This document shows, piece after piece, positions 49,946-64,000 of a stretch of 64,000 nt of DNA. Where the stretch lies: the NCBI GenBank assembly GCA_012295275.1, contig CM022679.1, positions 6,262,001 through 6,326,000 on the forward strand. Reading direction: 5' to 3'. The stretch comes from Chrysomallon squamiferum. Lineage: Eukaryota > Animalia > Mollusca. A program made the position numbers and the translations under genes. The notes below the pieces were generated by a model that ran no database searches, had not been told where the DNA came from, and saw only the letters and a list, made by a program, of their open reading frames with translations. Each line of letters starts with the position of its first letter. Within the stretch, counting starts at the first letter, position 1.

Positions 49946-50717
49946 ATAGAATGAAATGAAATACTTAATATACAGCAACAACAACAACACCAATGATAAT
50001 AAAATGAATTAAGAAATAAATTCCTGCATGGTTGATTTATAAAAACTTCATCACTATGTAATAAAAACAATTATTAGTAAAAACAAATCTACTGTCAACC
50101 TATTGGCTTCTCTTATTACTTTGGAGTCTGTAGTCATTTAATTAACAATATTACTTATAAAGAGATACAGAAACCTGAATATATGGATAGGAAAAAAAAA
50201 AATAGTTTTTTTAAGCGCTGAGTAGGCTGCTAAACAGCGGCCTAGAAGATCCATCCACAGTGATGTCCCCCATTGTGTTATTGAAAATTCCAACCAGTGC
50301 TCATTCAGAGATTTATCAAAATGTGTATTATCATATTTGAAAAAAAAAAAAATCCATCTGAAAGTAACATTGCTATATATTATTTCTCTGACCTTGTATC
50401 ATGAATAGGTTTTCCAAAGCTTTATGCAAATGAAGTAATAAAACTGGTTATATCGCATAACAGTTTTTATTGTTCAGAGTAACATTAGGACAAAGTACAT
50501 TATGTAAGCAGTGAATTAGAGGTAACTGTATATCTTCGTTACCTGCAAAGAAAAGTAGCTGTGTATGTAAAAAAAACTTTCCATACGTACAAACATGTAA
50601 TATGTAGTTTGTAATTTATTCTGTTCTGTTCTATTCATTTTTACTTCATTTTATATATTTTATTTTAATCTTTTCAAAACTCTTCAGCATATACAGACAA
50701 ATATGAATGTATATGTC

Positions 50718-50719
<2 letters not shown>

Positions 50720-50767
<48 letters not shown>
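50720..50767. repeat. (GT)n microsatellite
   Basis: Read directly from the sequence. Confidence 0.95.
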
Positions 50768-50769
<2 letters not shown>

Positions 50770-50976
50770 GAAAGGATATATTTGTTTTTTGCTAATGTTA
50801 TGACAGTTATGATACATTTGTTGCTTATATTATGTAACAAACAGATGTATCATAACTGAAGAAAAAATTAGCTGGTGCCAAAATAATGTTTGTTGTTTCC
50901 ACTAATTAAGAATACTGAAATAATAATAATATGTTACATCTTTATCAATAATAATATGATAATAATGATTATAATA

Positions 50977-51010
<34 letters not shown>

Positions 51011-53429
51011 GTTATTATTGATTGATAAAGATGTAAAGTATTTTGAAAATATTTTATCTGAGTGTGCACATTTTCACCTGACTGTTCAAAATGTTTTAAC
51101 ACATTTAACACACACTACAACAATTCACTTAATCAGTGTTAGGAATTATCAAAATATATTAGATAACCAGGTATAATGAAAATAAGGCTAAGCTTATAAC
51201 CTTGATCTTTCACATTTGGGGGTAGATAAAGCAGGGTTACAGGACAAAGGTATACATGTCTGTGTATATTTATAAAGATGATGTCTGGGTTAGATGATAA
51301 CTGGTAATTCTGTATACCAGTCAACAGTATTGTCTAATCAGTATTAAACAAAAACCTGTCAGTAAAGTTGAACCAGACTGGGTCTGTGGTAAGCTGATTA
51401 GTGAAGGTTTGTTGAATCAGTCCAGTCAGCAAATTCCCATTCCAGTTTGAGCCCACTGAGTGATTATCAAAGGTCATAGCATGTGCTTTCCTTCTATGAG
51501 GTATCAGAAAATATATCCATAAAAAAAAATCTTTAAATCTTAATTGATGTAACTGTGTTGATCTGTCCATTCTTTTATTTAAAAAATAAAAAATATAATA
51601 ATAATACTGATGATTCTGATGATGATAATGATAATAATAAATTAAGGAATTATAGAAACAAACTTAGTGATAACAGAAGAAAGGAAACGTGCTACCAAAA
51701 CATGAAGTCTTCTTTCATTAGTTAGCAACAAGAAGTCTTTTTCTATACCTTCCCTAAGAAAAAAAAAAGTGTATTGATTCACCAGTTACGTAAACCTTCT
51801 AAGTTTTTTGAAAAAAAAAAGAAGAAGAAGAAATAAGTACATGAATCAGGATTGATCTCACAAACCATAATTCTTCAAGTAAACAGTCTAAGCTCAAAGC
51901 ACTTCCTTTTTCATGAGTATATTTCTTTACATGTATCTGAATACTTAAAGCAGTGAAATCACTCAAATATAAAATTTAAAGTATATATCTTACTGAATGG
52001 ATTAAGAAAAAAGGAAAATGAAAAATTCCATATGATGTATTTATTTGACTGTAAGTTTCAGTCAATAGTGCAATTTGATTTCCATGGTAAATAATAAATT
52101 ATAACAAAATTTTATCTTAAATTTTTTTATATTATTTATCCAATAAAGGAGTTTTAGAAAAGGAAATTGTATCACAAAAAAGACACTTGAATGCTTCAAC
52201 TGGCTTCTCTTACTTATTGAACCGTCCTATGGACAGTTTGGTGATACTGAACTCAATCAGCCATCTTTTATGCATAATTATGCGTAATTTCTCATAAACA
52301 GAAACATATACCATATCTTAATATACTTGTCTGGGACATTTAGTGCAGTGTAAATTAACACAATTACTGCACCTGCAGATCTATAAACAGCCAATAGAGT
52401 CATATATTTTGATGAATATGGAATAACTTCAGGGTGAGAACTATGCATTAAACATGAAGGTAGATCCATATATATTGTCCACTTAAATTCAAAGCAATTT
52501 GCTTTTATTACGTAACACAGCAATGTCAGTACAATTAGTTTCAGGCATGTTTTAAGCAGAGCCTTAACTGACAAATTAATAACATAATAATTGTAGTGTT
52601 ATATTATGTGTAAAATATATTTAATCCATCTGTCAAAACAAATGAAAATAATTAAAATAATGTTTGGAAAATATGTCTAGGATGTCAAGGCTAAACATGA
52701 AACTTTTAGTTATCAATAGATTTAATCAATGCATAGAAAGTTATTTGTGAACTGTTCATTATCTTAGTATTTGTCTCAGACAGAAAGATGACCAGTATCT
52801 GTGCTGAAATAGTCTCGAAACACTGCCTCTCCAGTGACTGCTGCTGGATTAAGCAGAGAATCTACAGACAATAATTCTCCTCAGTGCACCCTTTAAGCCA
52901 TTCGTGATCAGCATATTAAAGATTATTATAAGTTTCTCTGCCTATAGGAAGATCTAAATAAAAACTTCCTTTGCTTCTAATTAATGAGTTTAATCATGCA
53001 GTGGTATCAACATCTTTTTTTCCAGTATCATCTTTATGCAACAAAGCTATGATTAATATTTAATAACAGTTAATATAAATTCATTCAGACTTTATATACA
53101 GCAGTGGCTGAGCAATGATCAGAGGTTCTGTTCCTCCAAGATTGTTCCTGAATGTCAATAATTAGGCTATTTCTAATCCAACTATTCTTTGAAGGAAAAA
53201 AAATAAAAATAAAAAACTCAAGAGAAAGATATACAAAACACATGTTTATTCACTTATTATAGGCACTGAATCTTTTCATTAATGTCAAAATTCATTTCTA
53301 AAACATCATTCATTAATATAAGCATGTAGTTAAATCTTATCACACACCAAACATGCAGTTGCCATATAAAACTACAAGATATCACGATAACACTAAATTA
53401 TCATGACAAAATACTGGAATGTGCCTTGG

Positions 53430-53455
53430 TAATAATAGTAATAATAATAATAATA

Positions 53456-53505
<50 letters not shown>
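53430..53505. repeat. (AAT)n microsatellite
   Basis: Read directly from the sequence. Confidence 0.95.
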
Positions 53506-53506
<1 letters not shown>

Positions 53507-53643
53507 TACACATTTGCCTATATCGTTGTATATGTGCATACCTTTATGGATTGTTTATGAATGAAAATGTAGTTTTATATTTACATCAATTTTCAACTTG
53601 CAAATTGATGAACCATAATTAAGTTTTCAAAAATGATGTATAC

Positions 53644-53678
<35 letters not shown>

Positions 53679-56600
53679 CAAAAAACAAATAGTGGAGTAA
53701 ATTGAAAAATCTTTACAAAGATAACTTTAAAAAGTAAATAATTATTGAACAGATTCAGCTTTTCTGAAAAACAGTAATGTGTACTTTAGAAGAACTCATT
53801 GCAGAATATATATATATCTCATACAGTTATCTTGTTCAAATATAAATTCAAACTATGTATACATATCCCAGGGCAATACAGAAAGAGCAGGTGCTATAAA
53901 ATAACTTTTTAAAAAAGATTCAGCTTAAGCCTTTATGTACTTACACATCCATATAAATATTTAAATCAGAAATATTTATTCCAATTTACAGTCACTCATT
54001 TTGAATAAATCAATACTACCAGCATTTTAACTAAATATTACATAAAGTAAGCATTACAAATTTACTGTTTTGCATGAAATAATACTGTCAGTGTTTTTAA
54101 ACTGTAGCTACTTTCATAGTTTAACATAATAATTTAGGTTTAGTTTATTTTTAGAACAAAGTCAATTTTATAAAAATAATGTGACCTATTTTACATTTTA
54201 TAAATGTCCTTGGTATTCATTAATTTTGATTCATTATAAAAAAACAAATAAAAAAAAAACACAAAAAAAACCAAACAAATTTGATCAATAAATAAAGAAA
54301 AGAAAAGATAGCTTATTTTTTAAATTTGATTATTAATTGTTCTTATTTTGTTCCTTTATTTTTTTTTCTTTGGTTTTTCATATACACAACACATCAAAAT
54401 AATAATCTTCAATTTGCAAAGATGTTTATGTGGTTTCTAAGGTAACTTAGTGAACAACTGTAACTTTTTAAATTAAGTAATCTATAAAATAATGATGTTG
54501 TGTGGTTTAAGAGTGATCTTGATTTTCTGTCAAGATATAAAAATGAGAGTGAATGACAGTAAATTTAATTTTTGTAAAAAAAGAAAGAGAAAAGAATAAA
54601 CTTTATATTTAAAATAAATTAGATTTATAATGTTTTACATTACACTCAGGCTTTTTGAAACTTGGTAAGTACAGTATAATAAAAATAATAATTTTTTCTC
54701 AATTATTAATGCATATATTCAACAAGTTTATGGATTATTTTTAATGAAAAAATGTGAATTAAAATAAATGTTATGTTAAATTATTTAATATTACACAAAA
54801 AATATAAATAAACAATTAAAAACATTTATTTTTAACAAAAGCAATGCCATTGTATAAAAAGCTGCTTATTAAATCAAAACAAACATTAAGATAGATAAAT
54901 GTAAAAACATGATAAAAGTAAATAAAAATAAAGAATCAGTACATCATAAATATAAATATATTATCAACTAAAAGGATCTGTTAACAAAACAACAAATTAA
55001 CAAACAAAAATTAACAAATAGTTTCAGAATTATTTGTTACAAACTTTTAACTTTTATATTAACACTAACAATGATTTTCATATGGTTTTTAAAAACCTTT
55101 TGTAAAGTCAATTACAAACAGTTAAAATGAAAACAGGTCTGCAGCTCTGTGATAAAGGACATTTCAGAATCAATTCTCCTCAGTAGATCCATTTATTTTT
55201 TCAATGCCCCATGAAAATGCTGCTTCAGTTTAAAAATCATGACTGACATCGAAATAACTATTAATAACATTTGTAGAGGATTTGAGATTTCATTAAATAC
55301 ATTTTTTTATATCTTCAAAATCAAAAAATTATAAAACTATTAATTATATTTGACAGGATAATTGTTGTTTTTTTATTATTGTAAAGGAATTTAAGAAATG
55401 GATAATATTTACTTTTTCAATAAATTTAATACAGTTATGTTTAAAAAGAGCTCCACAAAGTATGGATTGTTAATGATAATATAATACATATTATTTATAT
55501 TTCACATTGCATATTTACATAAAATAGCAAGAGATGAAGAATATTATATATATTTAAAGTAAAATATCCAACCAAAGCAGTAAATATAGAACAATTAATA
55601 TTTCACAATTTTCAGTTTATCTTCAATTCACTGAATTTACAAAAGCAAATAAAATTAAATTAAAATAGTTTAAAATGCCCTAAAATTTAAATATTCAATA
55701 AAAACACTTTCAGAGCAAATATTGCAATTGATTTAAAATAACAGTTTACTTTAATACTGTAAATAAGTTTTACAAAATATTAAAAATGACATTTCAGTAT
55801 TGAAGTATAGTGCAATATTTGTGTAAAATAATGTTTTTATTATAATAATGAAATTTTTTGGTGGATGCTTCACAAACATGTAGAAAGTAGATATAAACAT
55901 TTTCTAACAAATATTACAGATAGAGCTATTTGTTATGATAAAACCTGAAAGTGAAAACCTGCTGCCAACATTTTATTATTATTATATACCAGCATATACC
56001 ATCTCTTTTATATATATGAACTCTGAAGGTGAGACTGTAAAGAGATATTTTTCACTTTGTTTTCACTTTTTACTCTATCATAATGAAATTATTTTTAACA
56101 GGATTTAGGTGGAGTTTTTTGTTTGTTTAGTTGTTGTTTTTTGTTATTTTATACTCTTTAATAAGTAGCAGACAAATGATAATAATAATAATAATACAAA
56201 TAATAAATTAAATTATGCTTTGGCACTGTAAAGAAACTGAAGTAAATACATTTTTAACATGGTTTGTGGGGTTTTAGGTTTGTTTTATATTGAATTTTTG
56301 CCGTTTTCCTATCTTTCTTCCTTATTTTAAGAGAAAAAAAATTGGTAAACATTTATGACATTTTATACTGCATAGTAACATTTTAAACAAAAAAATAATG
56401 TATTATTCCTACTAGTTCCTTGACTAATAGTGATATGTATGGATATATACAAATGTGGACCCCCATACATCTATGAAATATATTTCACAACAATGAAAAA
56501 TCATTAACAGTAAATAAGTGTAAAATCAATGTGCATGTATTTTGAATTTCACTTCTAAAAGGCACATAAAGTATTACATACATAAGTATATCACAACCAG

Positions 56601-57625
56601 AAAATGTCACATCCTCTTCTATTCATGACTTATACAGTTCCTTTTTAAAACATCAATGCTTCTTTTTTTTCTCATTCATGATTTGAAAATCTAAGAAAGA
56701 TATATGTTTTATTGTTGATCTTTAACTTATAAAAAACACAAGCAAAAAAAATCTAAGAAAGAATACATTTCTTCACAAATCTTCAGTATTTCATTTAAAA
56801 TTCCTACTTCATATCTTAAGACTTTCATGTCCTTCATCATCACAACAAATTTCACTTTTTTTTAATTAGCAGTAATCCAGCTAGTAAAAAGTACTTCTCT
56901 TCTTAAATCTTGTGAAATTTTCACTAAACAGCAAAGAAATTATTGTTTCATAATCCTTTGTACTATCAGTTACAAACATAAATTAGAAAAGATATTTTCA
57001 TATCCTCATTTTTAACAAAGTTATTAATTTTGTTTTTGAAAAAGGGACTAGACTGCAGGCACTTCAGAAACAAAGATTGTTGTGATGCTTGGAAAAGTCA
57101 ATATACATATGCTATATTAAGCCTTGATTTTCATTTAAATAGAACTAAATTATTTTGATAGCACTATATATATATATATATATATGTATATATGAACTGA
57201 ATATAAGCATAAAAATAGTATTAATGTATATTAAACCAACAACAATGAAAAGAATACCAAAAACATTGTGGTTATTTACAAGTTTCCAAATAATATTTTT
57301 GTTTTCTTGTTTTAGAAAATTCACTGAATTTCTCCACTCGTAACGTGTATGATTCCAACACTGAATAATATTAAACTGATTTGCATAAATTATACATTGC
57401 ACAATCTGGTTTTCATCTTTGTTTCAATGATCCATTAAAATAAATCAGAAAAATCTTAGCTGTACTTGAAATAATCCAAGCAATATCTGATTTCTGAGAT
57501 AATTTAAACAAAATAATTCCACTGAAATTATAATTAATAAAAAATAAAATTCTTTCTTTCCACAAAATAAATAAATAAATAAATAAATAAAATTATATTC
57601 AAGCTTTTTTTTTTGGATAAATGCT

Positions 57626-60054
57626 TTACAATGAAGTTTCTACTCTGTCTGGCTGGTCATCAACCAGCAAACTGCTTTGAACTGTGTTTCTCTGATCATT
57701 CTGAGTTTCAGTTTTTCCTGAACTAACAATATTAGAGCTGCCTGCTGCTGTTGAAGGGCCTCCTGCAGTTGAAGAAGTCAGTCCTGGATTATCTGTTGTA
57801 GTGGAATGTACACATGTTCCAGGCCAAATACTGACTTCAGCAGAAAGTGTTCTAGATGTCCGAGAATTAACATCAGCATTTTCTGAGTTTGTTCCCAAGT
57901 CAGCATGAGATGTTTCAGAGATGCTAGTTGGCACAGAAGGTATTTCGGAAGAAGCAACAGCAGAATCTGTGACTTCATTTTCATACTGGATTGTGTTGGT
58001 TTGCTGAGCAGATGCCACAATGGATGGATTTTGTTCAGGTCTCTCAGCACCATTCACGACTTGAGCAATGTTTGGCTGGTTTGTTTCCTCACTATTCACA
58101 ACACTAGGATCAGGTCCAGCAAAAGAAACATCACCTCCTGAAAGAGCATCAGGGCTCCCATCATCACTGACTACTAGTGATGGCAGAGGTGGCCGATGAT
58201 GTCGACCAACCTGTGATCTATATGTTGGAGGTTGTGAATTAGGATAGTTTCCATCTTGTGGAAAGGCAATATGGATTCCTGAGTGTATGGTGCTGGCCCT
58301 TGACCTATAGGATGGTGGTGGGGAGCTCGGAAGACTGCAGTTATCAGGATTGACTCCATTCCCAGCCTGCATGCTTTGTTGCTGAGCTAAAGCTAGCTGC
58401 TGTTGATATTCTTGCATTGATGCCGCGTATGACGGGGGTGGCCTACGATACTGAAACTCAGGATACACCACTCCTGAAAAAAAAAAATGTGTTTTTGTTT
58501 TAAAACAGATTTTGTATAGAAATAATTTATTAAAATATTTATTTCAAAGTACTGTTTTTTGTTTTTCCTTCATTCCTGCAATCATTAATTTAATCAGTAA
58601 AAGACATTGTTAATCAAGTATTGTTTTTATTTTGTTTAACTTAGTTTTTAATGATTCTGTGATTATTAGGATTTTGCTAATTAGTCTCAAACAAAATAAA
58701 ATACACGAATCTCAAATGAGTAGTTTGGATTATTTAGTCAAAAATACATTTAAACATATACACACACAAAGATACATACATATACATACATACACAAACA
58801 TATGGACAGACGCAGATAGTTGAATGATAGCTATATAAGCATTAATCGGCAAATACTTTTCTAAAACAGTAATTAAAATAAGAAATATTTGGTTATATTT
58901 TCAGGATAATAAAAAAAATGTTGGATTCTAACTATTAGCAAGTCTTAGAAAAAACAAACCACAAAGTTCACCAGGTACATTATCTAAAAAAAAAAAAAAA
59001 AAAAAAAAAAATCCTCCCAAAGACAAAACTAATTTAATCTGACCTCACAAAAACATATATACAACACCCATATTTCTTTTCTTTTTCTTCACAAGTCCGT
59101 GAACAAATCATTAATTTCACCCCTGTCAACATGACAGACATATGTGGACAAGAGGCCTGGTGTTAAATAAACATAAGACAGTGTTAAACTATCTTCACAA
59201 CTGTGACAAATATGATGTCCTTTGTACAGCAGCACTCTCAAAATACTTATTAACCTAGATAGTATGAAGCTTTCTAGTGCACCAATACTATTTGTGCACT
59301 CATGCACTTACATACATATACTCACACACTAACACATAATACACACATGCACACACACATGCATGTAATGAACACAAGCATACATATACAATACTCACAT
59401 ATTTATACATGTATATACAATACATACATTATAAAGACAAATAAATTAAAAATATTCTCAGTATACAAGATACTCCATATATAAATCCACATTTAATTTA
59501 TTTTCTTGTAAATGATATCCCACGTAGGCAAAGTGGAAAGACAACTGAGTTTGAAATATAAGTCAGGAGTAGTTTGAATGTTAGTTTGTTATAAAGTTTG
59601 AATTTATCTGCTAGCACCTTTATTTCAGACAACAAGCCTTTTAAGCCAGTAATTTATTCTTAAAGCTATCCACAACTATCTTTATGCATAATTATACATA
59701 ATATTATTATTTTATTTAATCAACTATTCTTTCTTTAAATGAGCCAAATTTTTCATTAGCAAAATCAAAACAAATAATGTTAATAATATTATTAATTTTA
59801 TTTCTTAACATTATTATTTTGTTATTTATTTTGTATTGTTAGTTTTGTTGTTATTACAGTATTTAAAGTCAATAATGAAAACATGTTCCTACCTCCATAC
59901 CAGTTACCGTCTCTTGGTCGATAGGTTCGATGTCCACGGCGCTCTCTTCTTCTTCGGTAATCTCCCAGTCCAAACAGAGAATGAAGAGGTTCATGGCCTC
60001 TTGGTGTGCACTTCCATCCAACTCCTACAACTATGACTAACAGTACTCCAAGAC
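57626..60054 (-). CDS. 3' part of an uncharacterised membrane protein with cytoplasmic PPxY motifs and a C-terminal PDZ-binding motif (5' exons not identified in the window)
   Basis: Exon 60054-59893 (GLGVLLVIVVGVGWKC hydrophobic segment, then RRRRERR) splices in phase 1 to exon 58473-57626 (PPPSY, PPPSY, PPTY; ends ETSL*). Confidence 0.8.
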
Positions 60055-60163
60055 CTAGAACAAAATAGTAACATAGGTAATTAAAATTTAATACAACTGA
60101 TTTTTATTAATAAATGTATATATAAATAAATAAACAAACATACTGTGTCTGTGTGTGTGTGAG

Positions 60164-60214
<51 letters not shown>

Positions 60215-63200
60215 CTAACAGAGGCATTTATATATCTTCTTCCTGATATGATTTTTTTTATTTAAACATTAATGCCTTTAACTGTGCTATCTACAATTTT
60301 AAATGCATTTACATATTTATATTCCACCTTTGTTATGAAGGCTTAATTTCATTGCCTTAAAAGGAAATGAAAGAAGGGGTAAATAGAAAGTATTCAAAAA
60401 TATGAATTATCATTACATGAAAATAATATACAATATATTTTCATTAATTCAAATTTTCCTTTATCCTACACTTACAAAACATTAAAACTTGCTAGTCATG
60501 TTTAATATATGGCCGGAATAAAATATTTAATCAATGAACCCCATTATCTTGATCTGAGTCATAACACTGAATTATAAACCAAAGGTGGAGAGTTTATAAA
60601 CTCATGGCATGGATTGATTAATATTTGTTTAATGACATCTCAATACACTACAATATTAACTGTTATTATGCATCTTTTTTTTTTTGTGAAGAGATGACAT
60701 TTGAGAGCAAAGCCATCAATCTGTGGACTTTTCTTATTGATTGAGAGTAAAGAATATTTTATATGGACTTCTACACAAAGAAAAGGTACTGACACACCAG
60801 CTGCTTGGCATGGCTAGTAATGGCCTATTGCACACCAATAGAAGACTGACATACAACATGTTCCCAGTAAATGCTTTCAAGCTTGTTTATATTCACATTA
60901 TGTTCTTTAAATATTAAAAGCATATGTGAAAACTTAATATTCAACATTATAAACAAATCAAAGGAGCGAATTTAATATAAGATTCAAATAGTCTGATTAT
61001 TAACAACAACAATAAATAAATAAAAAAAAATATTGTTGAAAAACAAACAACAAACAAACAAGCAATAAAAATCATTTACATTCATGGTTAGGAACTTTTT
61101 TTTTATATCACCATCTGGTAAGTCATTAAGCAAACAGATGGAACCACCTAATAGAAAAATAATTATCATTAACTATTATATATCTACAGGATGTCCAATA
61201 ATTCTGAAATAATTAGGGAAAGGTAATTAATGTATATACTTTTTATGTACACATATATATTTTACACCCAACATGATTCATGGAGTGATTGATATGTGGT
61301 CTGCTATATGGAACAATACATCAAGTACCACGGTCACACTAAGCAAATTTAGTGAATAGAAGCATTTATATTGTTGTTTTTATTACTTTTAATGGTTCTT
61401 TCTGCATCAGACTTTTCCATCTCTACACAATGAGTGTGTTAATAATTATTTTGTTCAATCACATGTAACAGAATAAATTACTTTAACCTTGATGTTGAAA
61501 AAAAAAAAAAAAATAATAAAAATAAATAAATAATATAACAGTTTGTTACAACAAAGGGGATAAACACTGATGATAATTATAAAATACCTCATGAACAAAA
61601 CAAAAACAAAAACAAACAAACAAACAAAAAATAAAATAAAGTAAAATAAAATGTATTTTTGTTTTGTTTTTTTTTGTTGTTATTTTTTTCTTTGGGTTTT
61701 TTTCAATATACAATTTCAGCTAAATCTAACAAGAGTACATTCAGATATATATTTATATATAAAATGCTTGTGTTTTATTATTTATTATCTGTTCATTTGT
61801 AATAAATATATTGAAATAAATAATTTGTTTTTTGGAAAAATATGATGAAATAAGCAACCTTATAATGTTCCCTAACGATTTTTTAATTTTTGATTAATTT
61901 TTTTTTAAATGAAAACAAACAAAACAACATCCTTAAAGTCTATTCCAGATATATGTTTACTGTGCAAATTGTAATCAGTTAATGTAGATTTTCAGATATC
62001 TAACACGAATGTACAATTCAAACAGAAATGAAAACATAACTAACTGTAAACAGAAAGATAGATTTAGCACACTATTCTTTAACTCAGTGTATACAGAGTT
62101 CAAAAAAAAAAGAAGAAAAAAAAGATAAAAATTACATCTGTAATAAAGATTAAATAAGTCTTCATGACATTTCTTTAGAAATATTTTTTTCATTATCATT
62201 ATTATTGAAATTTTAATGTAAATGTTTGATAAATGTTAAAAAAAATATCTCTTTGGTTCGTTTTTCTTTTCATCAAATGTCCTACATGAAGAGCTGTTCC
62301 TGTGATACTGTACATAAAAGAACCCTTGCTGCTAAATTACAAAGAGTAGCTCAGAGATGAGTGATAAGCTGGGTTCCTGTTTCATGTCACCATCGTACCA
62401 AAAAAATATAAACTGTTAACATCTCAAAATCATCAATATTAAAATACACTGAGGTATATAAACAAATATTTTTTCAAACTTTTATTTCATTAAAAATGTT
62501 ACAAAGTCTAAACACAAAGAAAGGTATTTCCAATATGAATCAAGAATAGCACCATGCATTATCTTGATATTCAATACTAAACATGTTTCTAACAATGCTG
62601 TAATCACATGCAGCACAAGCCTGTTTGAAAAAAAATCAATATCACCTTTTCAAACATCCTTGGCAAACATGAATCACGTGTAACACAAATGAAGATATTT
62701 TGTTGTTATCAAGATAGGAAAAAAAAACCCAAAATTAGAGAAAAAAGCAAAAACAAAAAAAACAGGGTTTAAAAACTGAAAAAGTCTATTACAAGCAGAT
62801 TCTATACCAGTAAATGTCTACATGGTGAAACAGTTTTTAAAGTGTACAAAAAAAGAAAAAAAAAAAAAAAGAAAAAAAAAAAAAGAAAATTAAAATTATT
62901 AGTTATTACGATAAAAGATAAAATTTAAGTATTTCATATTTCACGATTCTGTTGAATAGGCTTTTCTTTATTTGCATTTTCCCATACAGAAAAAAACTGA
63001 ATTCTTTATAAATAGTGGTTAAAAAAGGAAATAGTCCAATAAGGATGATGGATCCTACAATGTATCAAATCTCAGGATTCACAATAAGGAACCTTCTGCA
63101 AAACATGTTGCTATCAACAAATTTATACATAATTATATATAAATAACAATCACACATAACTGACATATGACTGACTGTAATGCAGGGTTTAACTGAAGTA

Positions 63201-64000
63201 ATTAAACAGATAATAATAATAAAAACAGGTATTACTTGTCAAGTGTGAGAAATAACCATCATTGTCTGGTGTTAGTCACATAGTTAGGAAGTGAAATATG
63301 AGAAGTTTTAACTTTGAACCTGCTAGTTTATGAAGATTAACAGATAATATCAAATATCAGGTATCCAGAACAACAGGTTTAATGCCATTGCTGAGGGCGT
63401 TGTCTTGGTTGGGATCATTGTTGTAGACCCAGTGGCCCAAAATGAAATCACAAACATGATTCCCATTTTCAGAGGTTAAACAGCTGCAGACAGGGGTATC
63501 AACTGTGTTGTGTGTTTATAATTACAATGATAGTGTCTTACAGGATTTCACTGTCTTGCCCTGTTACCAAGTAAAAAATACAACTATGTTTATATTTGTG
63601 TTTGTGTCTGAGTGTGTATGTAACAGTATAGATGCATTTATGCATGTATGTATTGTTTATGTGGACAGTAATCTGCCTGTATATAATTAAACAGAACTAC
63701 TTGGCTACATGTCACACTATAAACAGAAAATATATAGGCCTATGTACATAACTGTCTATCTGAAAATCTGCCAATAAAAAGAAAATTTGGTGGTTATAAA
63801 AATAAAAATAGTGATTTTGCTTGGAGATATGTTCTTGGCACTGTGTCAAGTATTCAAGTTTCTGTCTTTACACTAAGAATAATGATTATGTATGTTATTT
63901 ATTTGTGAATAGAATGAAATAGTAATCCTGTCATCCTACAAAATCCAAAACAAACAAACAAACAAACAACAATAATTTATAAAAATTACACAAGTATAAG

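Noticed and set aside
63355-63510. GC-richer patch as a possible upstream exon of gene 4
   Set aside because: No minus-strand frame with a convincing phase-1 donor or protein-like sequence was found.

Overview
AT-rich, intron-rich animal genomic DNA with many microsatellites. It is probably a lophotrochozoan or mollusc, but that is an inference from gene content and style and is not proven. Four spliced protein-coding genes were reconstructed by hand from GT-AG junctions with consistent phases. (1) + strand ~53-14947: a Y/S/Q/P-rich protein with a polyproline run and four PDLIM/ALP-like 'SFRVLQ' motifs, a probable muscle Z-disc-type protein. (2) - strand 26468-19628: mitochondrial isovaleryl-CoA dehydrogenase (IVD). 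(3) + strand 32603-43662: a 23-coding-exon Dachs/myosin-XX. (4) - strand >60054-57626: the 3' part of a membrane protein with three PPxY motifs and a PDZ-binding tail. Headline finding: IVD carries two tandem 94-nt versions of the exon encoding the catalytic Glu helix. Both are intact and same-phase, and joint inclusion would frameshift. They differ at all seven residues right after the catalytic E-R, including Leu versus Gly at a pocket-lining position. Each exon is bracketed by its own 17-19-nt intronic inverted repeat. This looks like an RNA-structure-controlled mutually exclusive splicing switch that swaps the active-site helix of a metabolic enzyme.
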